Positions 17,109 through 24,674 of a stretch of 25,915 nucleotides of DNA are shown piece after piece. Both the position numbers and the translations under genes were made by a program. The stretch is from a virus. Taxonomy: Duplodnaviria; Caudoviricetes. The notes under the pieces were generated by a model. It saw only the letters and a list, made by a program, of their open reading frames with translations. It searched no databases and was not told where the DNA came from. Numbering within the stretch: position 1 is the first letter of the stretch; the number at the start of each line of letters is the position of its first letter. The stretch is from positions 1 to 25,915 of IMG/VR virus record IMGVR_UViG_3300045599_000011; one strand, given 5' to 3'.

Positions 17109-19373
17109 TTAATCTACTGGCAGCCAGTCAACGCGACAGCGTGGATGCGCCAATCCTGGGCAATTCTGAATGCTGTAAATCGTACCGTGTCTTGCTTTGC
17201 ATTTGTCACAAGTACGCATATCATGGACTTCATTGGCCATGACCCGTGTATACCCTGCATTTTCATATACGCGGAGTTGCATACGTCCATACGCCCACGA
17301 AAGTTCTGTAATTGCGATTGTAGTAGCGCGTGTTTCATTTACAATAACCGCTTGTAACTCTTCCGCAATTTCTTTCCAACCTTTGTTCTGTTCGAATCCT
17401 GCTGCTAACGTCTCACGTATCCACCTCTTGGTTGGTTCTCGTAGATTTTCAATACGCGCGGCTGCCGCATTATATAAATCATCCTGAATGTCTTTTCGCG
17501 GAATGTGTATTCGTATGCCGATACCAGTTTCTGAATCATCACCAGATGTTTTTTTCTCTACCAGTTCAGCAGCTCGGTCCGCGCCAACTTCACCCGCTTT
17601 TGTTAACCACTTATTTAAACCAATGCGGTATGTAGTTTTATTAACGTCCCAGGACTCATCAAACAAGCTTATAATGTCATCTACACTAAAGAGATCGTCG
17701 TCTTCCTCATCATCGTCATCATCGTCCGAGCTGTCAGTTACAGGTTTTTGTTGCATCAAGTCGTTGTACACTGATTTAAAGAAGCGCAATGTTACTTTCT
17801 CCGCTTTTCCATCTAACGGTGCTAAACTTGGCAAACCATCCTCTGCTGCGTCTGTTAAAGACAATTCTTCTTCTTTTGGCGCGTTGTCCTTTCTGCCAGA
17901 TGTATTATCAATCTCAGGATGCTTTGTCGGTGCTATGTGTGCGTTATCTAGCTTACGTTGCCGCTCTTCCTCCTCTAGTTGCTCTGCTACTTTTATAGGG
18001 TCTTCAATATCAAAGTCATCCGCAATGGTTTGTACGGCTTTCTCTGTTGTAATGAGTTTTTTACCTCCACCCTTACCAAGCGCCGCTTGTACACGTTCAA
18101 TTCGTTCTGCTTGTGTCTCTGTTGATTTTTGGGACCATACTATGTCATATAGCACACTATCTGGATTAATACCGGCAAGTAAGAGCTGCAAATCAATAAT
18201 AGCGCGAATGCCTGAAAAGGGGCCTGTATCCCCATACTCAAGAATATCCGTTATGTCTTCTAACGTCTCAAGATAATGAGGATATTGCACCTTTAGGACA
18301 TCGCGGTTAATGTCTCTTCCAGCTGTAAGAATGGCCTTTGGTACACCCAAGTTTAACCACAACAACTCTTCAAAATATTTAATATCTCCCATCTCATCAA
18401 GGTTTGCGTCTCCATTTAGCACTTTTACATCTGCAGTTCCTACAAAGTCTGAGAGAAGATGAGCATTTCGTGTTGGGTTTCCGTCTTTATCGATTAGCCC
18501 TACATCGCGCATATATTGTGTTACATGCGACGGCTGAGACCCTTCGGGTAACTTATGACCGTATTTTTGAACAGAGCGGAATTCACGACGAATTGCCGCA
18601 GCAAACTCCATTTTTTGTAGAACTTTATATGTCATTCGGGCTGATGCATAATGTGACGTACCATATGCAAGCGTCTCATCGCAAAGCCAACGGATATGAT
18701 TCATTTGATACAACGCAAAATTCGTGCGACAGCTTTCTGGCGGCCCGATTTCCATCAGACTCTGTATTTGTGTCTGCGGGTCAATTTGCGAAAAAGCCCG
18801 TTCGATATCTGGAAACTCTCCAAATTCGTCAGTATTTCGTTTTATCGTTAGTGGAGGAGCCCGCCGAACGTCCAGTATAAGCCCCGCTTGCAAATCAACT
18901 ATAGGATTTAAAAACAAGTCTCCGTCTCGTGTAAGCGCACGAGCGTACTCCGTAGATTTAGCCGAAAGTTTGGTTCGTTTTAATAAATCATTGACAACCT
19001 GTTGTGCGATATTTGCACCCGGTGTAAGGCGCTTCATTTGCTTACCTTGTCGACGCTGACGTTCTCGGTCTGCTTCAGAACCTTGAACAATAACTTTAAA
19101 TCCCCCACGGGTAGCATCTGCTGTTAACCGAGAGTTCGTTACTTGAAAACGCAAATCTTTTTTGAGTAATTCGCCTACTTCTCTAATAACTGAAATACGA
19201 TCTATAGCAACTTTGAATTGGTCAAAAATATAAAGGTTCGGAGACTCCGCATAAGAAACTACAGGCATACTATCTAAGGTGTTTCCTTTGTCGAATTGAT
19301 TGGGTTCGGGTATACTTCTGCGTCCAATAAAATCAAAAATTCGATTGAGGATACTAGGCATATGTTTTTTCAC
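17109..19373 (-). CDS. Portal protein fused to MuF/SPP1 gp7-like head morphogenesis domain
   Basis: Follows TerL. RDGDLF, YGTS, LGVPKAIL portal motifs; acidic linker; RATTIAITE...DMRTCDKC...HPRCR is the Phage_Mu_F signature. Confidence 0.85.
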   Translation of the reverse strand: MKKHMPSILNRIFDFIGRRSIPEPNQFDKGNTLDSMPVVSYAESPNLYIFDQFKVAIDRISVIREVGELLKKDLRFQVTNSRLTADATRGGFKVIVQGSEADRERQRRQGKQMKRLTPGANIAQQVVNDLLKRTKLSAKSTEYARALTRDGDLFLNPIVDLQAGLILDVRRAPPLTIKRNTDEFGEFPDIERAFSQIDPQTQIQSLMEIGPPESCRTNFALYQMNHIRWLCDETLAYGTSHYASARMTYKVLQKMEFAAAIRREFRSVQKYGHKLPEGSQPSHVTQYMRDVGLIDKDGNPTRNAHLLSDFVGTADVKVLNGDANLDEMGDIKYFEELLWLNLGVPKAILTAGRDINRDVLKVQYPHYLETLEDITDILEYGDTGPFSGIRAIIDLQLLLAGINPDSVLYDIVWSQKSTETQAERIERVQAALGKGGGKKLITTEKAVQTIADDFDIEDPIKVAEQLEEEERQRKLDNAHIAPTKHPEIDNTSGRKDNAPKEEELSLTDAAEDGLPSLAPLDGKAEKVTLRFFKSVYNDLMQQKPVTDSSDDDDDDEEDDDLFSVDDIISLFDESWDVNKTTYRIGLNKWLTKAGEVGADRAAELVEKKTSGDDSETGIGIRIHIPRKDIQDDLYNAAAARIENLREPTKRWIRETLAAGFEQNKGWKEIAEELQAVIVNETRATTIAITELSWAYGRMQLRVYENAGYTRVMANEVHDMRTCDKCKARHGTIYSIQNCPGLAHPRCRVDWLPVD

Positions 19374-19387
19374 CTCCTTGCTATTGT

Positions 19388-20821
19388 TTAATCAAACATT
19401 CCGCTCACATTGACAGAAATCCCTCTACCAACAGGAACGTTTGCGTTTTCTAGCTTGTTAATTGCCTGTGTTCCACAGTCCACTTGGTCATCATTCGCCC
19501 CGTTCGGGAAGGCAGCATACTCTTCTATAAAATCATGAATCCAAGGAGCGATACTTGAATCAGGAAGAAACACATTACCAGCTTCAATTGCTGGCGAGAC
19601 CGCTTGTGCTCTTACGACTTTACCACCTTCAGGATTTACAGGTATAAGCCCACTAATTTCTCTTTTAAGAGTCGCAATAACAGCAGGTCCATTCGCTTTA
19701 TCTTCCACATACTTAGCGTGAGCCTGTGGCCATTTAGCTGATAAGGAACGAATGGCGCTAATAGTAGCAGGGAAATTCATTTGAGCACGCACCTGATCAA
19801 GAAGGTATTTATCAGCACCTATACGTCCCCAAACTTGACCAACCACATAATCACTATCATTACTATCCTTGAATGTACAATCCCAAGATTGAATAACCTC
19901 ATCAAAGGCAGATGGTAACTCTCTATAAAACCGCCACCAATCACGTTTAAAGATTTGCCCTTCATCCGGTGCTGGTCGTTGTTGGTAAAGAGAAATCCAT
20001 AAGCGAGAACCGACCGCTCTTTTCATTTCGCTATATTCATGCGGCGGGAATCGTTCTGGCCACAGCACTTCGCCTACTTCTCGTCCAAGGGAGTCACCTT
20101 CCTCTGCTACAGCTGGCAAAGAAACAACTTCCCAATGCTCCCCTGTACCTTCTTTCATTTCTTTTAGCAATCGACCGGCTAAGTCATCCTCATGCCAGCG
20201 AGTCATTACAAGAATGACCGCACCACCAGGAGCCAAACGAGTACGCAGTGTCGATCGGTACCAATCCCACACGGTTTCTCGAATTGTTTTACTTGCGGCA
20301 TCCTGCCAGTTCTTAAAAGGGTCATCAATAATAGCCACATGGGCACCGCGACCGGTAATTGGGCCACCAACACCTGCAGCTGTAAACCCTCCCCGTGTCC
20401 CGTCAATTCCCCAACGTCCAACAGCTCCGCTATCCTTTGCAACTTGAATGCCCCATAGTCGCATCCCCCACTCTTTTAACGTGTTCCTGGCGATACGGGA
20501 GAAGTCATATGCTAAGTCAGAGGAATAAGAAGAGATAATAACCTCTTTATCTGGATTACGTCCAAGAAAATAGGAAGGGAATTTCTTTGATACCACTTCA
20601 CTTTTTCCATGTCGAGGCGGCATAAAGACCATGAGGCGGCGGATTTCACCACGTTCAACCGCTTCGAGCTTTTCGCATAAATGCTCAAGGTGCCGGGCCG
20701 ACTTCCACATACCATCACTTTCATATTCAAGGAATGAGACTAATTTCTGCCCGGCCATATATTCAGCCTCTTCTTCCAACAGCCGTAGATATTCAATTTC
20801 TTCGCTTTCGCTCAAGGGCAT
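19388..20821 (-). CDS. terL: Terminase large subunit
   Basis: MPPRHGKS Walker A, AIIDDP Walker B, MTRWHEDDLAG, QSWD, VEDKANG, DDQVD. Start moved to ATG 20821 (AAAGGAG RBS). Confidence 0.96.
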   Translation of the reverse strand: MPLSESEEIEYLRLLEEEAEYMAGQKLVSFLEYESDGMWKSARHLEHLCEKLEAVERGEIRRLMVFMPPRHGKSEVVSKKFPSYFLGRNPDKEVIISSYSSDLAYDFSRIARNTLKEWGMRLWGIQVAKDSGAVGRWGIDGTRGGFTAAGVGGPITGRGAHVAIIDDPFKNWQDAASKTIRETVWDWYRSTLRTRLAPGGAVILVMTRWHEDDLAGRLLKEMKEGTGEHWEVVSLPAVAEEGDSLGREVGEVLWPERFPPHEYSEMKRAVGSRLWISLYQQRPAPDEGQIFKRDWWRFYRELPSAFDEVIQSWDCTFKDSNDSDYVVGQVWGRIGADKYLLDQVRAQMNFPATISAIRSLSAKWPQAHAKYVEDKANGPAVIATLKREISGLIPVNPEGGKVVRAQAVSPAIEAGNVFLPDSSIAPWIHDFIEEYAAFPNGANDDQVDCGTQAINKLENANVPVGRGISVNVSGMFD

Positions 20822-21665
20822 CGATTTTCTCTCTCCTTTTCTCTGGTGACATGGTGGCGGCTCTACCCTTCGTATCACCGACAATCTTTGCTTTTTCGAG
20901 TTCGAACTGCTCTTTAGCAAGCTTAAGTTTTTCTTGCTCCACATCCATGCTTTGTTGTATTCTAGCAAGCTGCAGACGGCGGTGATCATCTTCTCCACTT
21001 AATGTCATGTAGTCTTTAATTAATCCACGGAGCTCTGACATAGCCCGCGAATAGGCATTCATAGCACTTGCCTGCTTATCCCAAGCGTGTTGGTACTCCC
21101 ACTGTTCTTCGTCCCCGAACTCACCGGGTTTCACTTTTGTAAGAACGCGTGTTTCATCGAACTTATCCTCTACAAAAAGAATTTGTTGAGAGCGGATAAT
21201 ATTCGTATGCTTAATTACAATCGCATCCCACAACATTTCTAATGGACCGCGTTCGTTAATAGCTTCCATAAGTTCGATAGTATCGTCATCATCCGGAAGG
21301 AACTTACGGAAGAGGCCATGAGTTACTGCATTAGAGTTCCGTTCTGGCGCTCCATGACCAGCAGCGTTCCGGCTCCCTAGGGGCGGCCCGCCTCGATTAT
21401 TAAGAGCGTTCTTGTTAAACTTTGGCGCACCCCCTTTATTCGGAGTACTCCGTTTCTTTTTTGGAGTACTCCGTTCGTTTGATTGGAGTACTCCGTTCGA
21501 TTCACCTTTCAATTTGCTATCCCATTTGTCTTTCGACTTCCACCCGCCGACCGTTTTTTCAGGAGAACCTATTTGTTCGGCAATAGCCCTGTTTGATATA
21601 TTCCCATCATGCTGTTTGTATATTTCAAACGCCTGATCACGTCGTGGGTCCCTTTGTCTTGCCAC
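20793..21665 (-). CDS. terS: Terminase small subunit
   Basis: MARQRDPRRDQAFEIY...IAEQIG...WKSKDKW HTH; GGAPKFNKNA / GAPERNSNAVTHGLF motifs. Confidence 0.92.
   Translation of the reverse strand: MARQRDPRRDQAFEIYKQHDGNISNRAIAEQIGSPEKTVGGWKSKDKWDSKLKGESNGVLQSNERSTPKKKRSTPNKGGAPKFNKNALNNRGGPPLGSRNAAGHGAPERNSNAVTHGLFRKFLPDDDDTIELMEAINERGPLEMLWDAIVIKHTNIIRSQQILFVEDKFDETRVLTKVKPGEFGDEEQWEYQHAWDKQASAMNAYSRAMSELRGLIKDYMTLSGEDDHRRLQLARIQQSMDVEQEKLKLAKEQFELEKAKIVGDTKGRAATMSPEKRREKIDALERKRRN
21442..21494. repeat. Three copies of palindrome GGAGTACTCC within terS
   Basis: Copies at 21442, 21463 and 21485 (21-22 bp period), each followed by GTT. Confidence 0.9.
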
Positions 21666-21700
21666 TACATCATCACCACCACCTGAAGTTGATTTTTTCC

Positions 21701-21730
21701 AATAGAAAAGGCCGCTCGAATGAGCGACCT
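21701..21730 (-). terminator. Intrinsic terminator upstream of terS
   Basis: AGGTCGCTC-ATTC-GAGCGGCCT followed by TTTCTATT. Confidence 0.7.
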
Positions 21731-22052
21731 AATATGCATATAACCTGTATGTCCAATAATCAGCATTATGTTAACAACCTTTATTCCCCTGCATTTAAGC
21801 GGCTTTGTCAGCCAGTGTTTATGCAGGATTTTATACATTCATGGAAAAGCTTGATTTCATCGCGTGTTTCATTTTTGATTGCAACAGTTTGAATGCATAA
21901 AATCGTGCATAATGTTTTTACGAAATTCTCGTTTATCTGCCCCTAACATACCACATTTTCATCCAAAAATACACAATGTAAAATAATGGGTTGAGTTATT
22001 TGTTTTGGGAAAGGACGGCACCACACACCTAAGCTAGAGCCGTTACGTAGCT

Positions 22053-22109
22053 TCATAGCAAAATTAGATGCCGCTTCCCGCGTTTCGCATGTACCATTAC
22101 CTTATACAT
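22053..22109 (-). CDS. Possible 18-aa minigene MYKVMVHAKRGKRHLILL
   Basis: Good RBS (GAAAGGGG) in same position relative to the repeated hairpin element as for the 62-aa gene. Confidence 0.35.
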   Translation of the reverse strand: MYKVMVHAKRGKRHLILL

Positions 22110-22132
22110 ACTTTCTATCCCCTTTCATTAAT

Positions 22133-22246
22133 CTATCGTTCACACCCTGAACCGCCTCTCAACCGGTGTACTGTCCCGTCAAGTATTAGCGAGACAGGAG
22201 AAGGACTCAGGATGACAACGATAGAAGCAGAGCTTACACCCTGCTT
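22133..22246 (-). ncRNA. Structured leader element, copy B
   Basis: AAGCAGGG/CTCTGCTT hairpin, then CTATCGTT...AACGATAG stem continued by CATCCTGA/TCAGGGTG with inner CTGTCTCG/CGGGACAG hairpin. Confidence 0.55.
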
Positions 22247-22252
22247 GTTGTG

Positions 22253-22441
22253 TTATATATCCAGGTCAACATCTTCTAACCCGGTCCAGTATTCTTCTCC
22301 GTTATCTTGACGAACACGGATAGAAACCGATTCACATCCGCCCATGTTGTATTCCTTTGCGTCAATCACTTCAAGTTGTCGTGTTACGCTGCCCGTAGCA
22401 CCAATTAGGTCATCCCGTCTGATTGATGTATTTTCAGCCAT
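22253..22441 (-). CDS. Hypothetical protein (62 aa, acidic, beta-rich)
   Basis: GAAAGGGGG RBS; protein-like composition. Confidence 0.7.
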   Translation of the reverse strand: MAENTSIRRDDLIGATGSVTRQLEVIDAKEYNMGGCESVSIRVRQDNGEEYWTGLEDVDLDI

Positions 22442-22463
22442 CTCTTCTCCCCCTTTCTTTTAG

Positions 22464-22528
22464 CTATCGTTCATACCCCGTATATAGACAGGTCATCAAC
22501 GATAGAGCAGAGGAAGGCGTCTCTGCTT
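22464..22528 (-). ncRNA. Structured leader element, copy A
   Basis: AGCAGAG/CTCTGCT hairpin, then CTATCGTT...AACGATAG long hairpin, then RBS. Confidence 0.55.
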
Positions 22529-22561
22529 ATCATTTTGTAAACACAATATATTGACTACTGT

Positions 22562-22888
22562 TTATTCAACGATCATCCAATCTTCTGCCAAAACATCACT
22601 TGTACTTGGTGCCCACATAGCATATGTGCCGTCTGCACATTTTAATTGCAAATAAGGTCTGCATTTGAACAGATCCCCTTCATTCAATCCCCATGTCTTT
22701 GCTGTTTGTGCATTGCAAGGTATTCCGTCTGGGTATCCCTTTTGATATGCCGCGTACATCCCTTTACCATTCCATCCAGCGCGAGTTACCTTGTATCCTT
22801 CTTTCATGAGATCAACAGCTAACCCGATACCGAATCGTGCTTTCATTTCAATCATCTCTTCTACAGTTACACCATTAAGATTTTGCAT
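22562..22888 (-). CDS. tad2: DUF2829 / Tad2-like signal-sequestering anti-defence protein
   Basis: AVDLMKEGYKVTRAGWNGKGM...PYLQLK.ADG...WAPSTSDVLAEDW is the DUF2829 signature. Confidence 0.82.
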   Translation of the reverse strand: MQNLNGVTVEEMIEMKARFGIGLAVDLMKEGYKVTRAGWNGKGMYAAYQKGYPDGIPCNAQTAKTWGLNEGDLFKCRPYLQLKCADGTYAMWAPSTSDVLAEDWMIVE

Positions 22889-23020
22889 TCGTTTTCACCT
22901 CCTTACTTGCTCCTTTCTGGAACAAGGTTCCTGTGCGATTTAATGGGTTACATTGTCCTCATTCCTTTCTTGTTTATGCGTCTGCATCCCGCCTGCATTT
23001 AATAACGCATTTTCCCTCCC

Positions 23021-23048
23021 AATAAAAAAAGCCGCCTATTAGCGACTA
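23021..23048 (-). terminator. Intrinsic terminator overlapping stop codon
   Basis: TAGTCGCT-AATA-GGCGGCT followed by TTTTTTATT. Confidence 0.75.
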
Positions 23049-23303
23049 TTCTTCTACCAGTTCATATGTAGCCTTGAATATATCTGGCTTACAAGGATAA
23101 AACTCACCCTTTACGCCTTTAATGACATAATCACCTAAGCTTGCAATCATAACTCCTTCAAGCGTTTGTATTTTAATTACAGGTTTTCCATCTACGAAAG
23201 CTGGATCACAAGTGCAAGTTATCCAATGAAAAACCTTATCTTTATTTTCTTCTGTAAAATGTTCTGCTTCGACCACTATTAGTTTCTTGCGATATTTAGC
23301 CAT
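23046..23303 (-). CDS. Conserved phage protein (YRKK...TLEG...GDY...GEFYPCKPDIF..TYE family), Acb4-like sponge candidate
   Basis: The motif set is clearly a widespread phage family. The link to Acb4 is from recall and is less certain. Confidence 0.65.
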   Translation of the reverse strand: MAKYRKKLIVVEAEHFTEENKDKVFHWITCTCDPAFVDGKPVIKIQTLEGVMIASLGDYVIKGVKGEFYPCKPDIFKATYELVEE

Positions 23304-23320
23304 GGGTGTTCTCCTCTCAC

Positions 23321-23348
23321 AAATAAAAAGGCCGCCTGATGGCGACTA
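23321..23348 (-). terminator. Intrinsic terminator overlapping stop codon
   Basis: TAGTCGCC-ATCA-GGCGGC followed by CTTTTTATTT. Confidence 0.72.
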
Positions 23349-23729
23349 TTCCTCATCTTTGTATTTCTCTACCTTTTCACGTTCAACCCATTCGTTATCC
23401 GGCCTGCAGGAGACAATCGGGAAGTATAAGGAACTATCATTAGCAAGACAGCGTAGAACTTCTAAAAAGATATCCGTTCGCGTTTCTCCATAAACGATGT
23501 AGCTGCCCCATTTCCCCATGTAAGTTTTCTTGCGCCCGCCTACCGGACAATATTTTTTCTCCCAATTCCTACAATGTGGATACTGGTCAAACCCTTCTTT
23601 TTTGTGCGTAATCTTGAGTTCGTGGTTCCCCAGAACAACTAAGGCAAGGGATTCGATCTCCTTCTGCACTTCTTTTTTCAGAACCTTGTCCGCAAAAACT
23701 CTTGCTCTCCATTGTGTATCTTCACTCAT
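23346..23729 (-). CDS. Hypothetical protein (127 aa)
   Basis: AAAGGAG RBS; tightly packed in the minus-strand operon. Confidence 0.75.
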   Translation of the reverse strand: MSEDTQWRARVFADKVLKKEVQKEIESLALVVLGNHELKITHKKEGFDQYPHCRNWEKKYCPVGGRKKTYMGKWGSYIVYGETRTDIFLEVLRCLANDSSLYFPIVSCRPDNEWVEREKVEKYKDEE

Positions 23730-23744
23730 TTTTTAATCTCCTTT

Positions 23745-24041
23745 TTACCTTTCTTCTGCTCTCACCGCAGACTGAACAACGTAATACCCGCAATTTTCAC
23801 CTTTAGATTTGATTATTCCATCAGCTACTAATCGACTGATAATGCGTTTGCTAAATTCATGTCCGAGTCTCAATCGTCTGGAAATGAGACTGTGACTAAT
23901 CGAGAAGGCAACCCCTTTTTTATCGGTATAACAGCTATCTGTTTCCGCACTAGCTATAACGAGTTGTTTAGCTTTTTGATAAGCTCGCTCTTCTCGTTCT
24001 TCTGGAGAAAGTTCGAACCACTCTTCCCAATTCTTAGACAT
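23745..24041 (-). CDS. Stand-alone FtsK/SpoIIIE gamma-like winged-helix protein
   Basis: AYQKAKQLVI...SISHSLISRRLRLGHEFSKRIISRLVADGII resembles FtsK-gamma (SxSxLQRRLRIGYxRAxRIIxxLExxGII). AAAGGAGG RBS. Confidence 0.65.
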   Translation of the reverse strand: MSKNWEEWFELSPEEREERAYQKAKQLVIASAETDSCYTDKKGVAFSISHSLISRRLRLGHEFSKRIISRLVADGIIKSKGENCGYYVVQSAVRAEER

Positions 24042-24198
24042 GTCTTGCCCTCCTTTTACCTTTCTTCATATTCCGTTTCTTCTGCTCCCAACGCAGCCGT
24101 TCTCGTTCCCGATGAGCATTCACGCATTCTTCCCATTCCGTTTTTGGATGAGGCATTGTAATAACTAGATGCCGCACAGACGGTTGTTTTTGTTCCAT
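24034..24198 (-). CDS. Hypothetical basic protein (54 aa)
   Basis: GGAGG RBS before ATG 24198 (MEQKQPSVRH); stop overlaps start of next gene. Confidence 0.5.
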   Translation of the reverse strand: MEQKQPSVRHLVITMPHPKTEWEECVNAHRERERLRWEQKKRNMKKGKRRARHV

Positions 24199-24373
24199 AG
24201 AAGTAACCTCCACATTTCCTCCATAGCCATATATCATTTTCATTCTCGTATTGGGTCTGGCGTCTTTCTTCGTATATTGCTTCCCATCTATCTGCCAGCT
24301 CCCGCAGTTTCTTTCTGATCGTATCCAGGTCAGCCAGTGAAAGGATTGCTATAACTGCATCTTTAAATCCCAA
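24056..24373 (-). CDS. Hypothetical protein, first gene after late leader
   Basis: AAGGGAGG RBS and TTG start. 3' half overlaps the 54-aa ORF, so the true end is doubtful. Confidence 0.5.
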   Translation of the reverse strand: MGFKDAVIAILSLADLDTIRKKLRELADRWEAIYEERRQTQYENENDIWLWRKCGGYFYGTKTTVCAASSYYNASSKNGMGRMRECSSGTRTAALGAEETEYEER

Positions 24374-24404
24374 ACGTATCCGCCTCCCTTGTTTTCTACC
24401 AACG

Positions 24405-24608
24405 AAAAAAGCGCAGCTATATGGCTCCGCTCCTTTAATTGATATCCTGGTTTACTCCGGCACCAGGAGGGCCGCCGCGATTCACTCCTTACCCGCATGC
24501 GGTCAACGGGTTTCATATCGGTAATCAGCCGATAGGAGGTGGTTCGTTCGACTTCATTGCATTTACCCCTGCAATAAGCGTATGTCACGAACGATAAGGG
24601 AGGAGTGA
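24405..24608 (-). ncRNA. Candidate multi-stem structured RNA in late leader
   Basis: Six perfect helices: 24482-89/24601-08, 24544-50/24588-94, 24556-61/24570-75, 24516-21/24529-34, 24491-95/24507-11, 24445-51/24462-68, plus terminator-like hairpin 24405-24431. Confidence 0.6.
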
Positions 24609-24620
24609 CGTATAAAGGCA

Positions 24621-24654
24621 TAAGAAAAGCCGCCTCAAAAGAGAAGCGGCTATC
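24621..24654 (-). terminator. Promoter-proximal intrinsic terminator
   Basis: AGCCGCTTC-TCTTTT-GAGGCGGCT followed by TTTCTT. Confidence 0.75.
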
Positions 24655-24674
24655 TGATTTATTCGGTTGCCCTT

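Noticed and set aside
17109-17500. MuF polymorphic toxin
   Set aside because: Protein ends right after HPRCR; no toxin extension or immunity gene follows.
17690-17730. TCA/TCG microsatellite as a contingency locus
   Set aside because: Imperfect triplet run simply encoding the Asp/Glu linker; length change would not shift frame.
20822-20998. 59-aa N-terminal extension of TerL in the ORF track
   Set aside because: Overlaps terS; a proper RBS precedes ATG 20821.
22133-22246. tRNA gene here or at 24405-24608
   Set aside because: No TTCRA T-loop in the right geometry, no cloverleaf dimensions, no CCA end.
495-23736. Numerous + strand ORFs in the track (e.g. 495-1052, 4974-5612, 17488-18276, 18404-18880)
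   Set aside because: Antisense shadows of well-supported minus-strand genes; Ser/Phe-rich, no RBS or recognisable motifs.
24349-24621. 90-aa minus-strand ORF
   Set aside because: No RBS, starts in a terminator U-tract, and the region is better explained by dense RNA helices.
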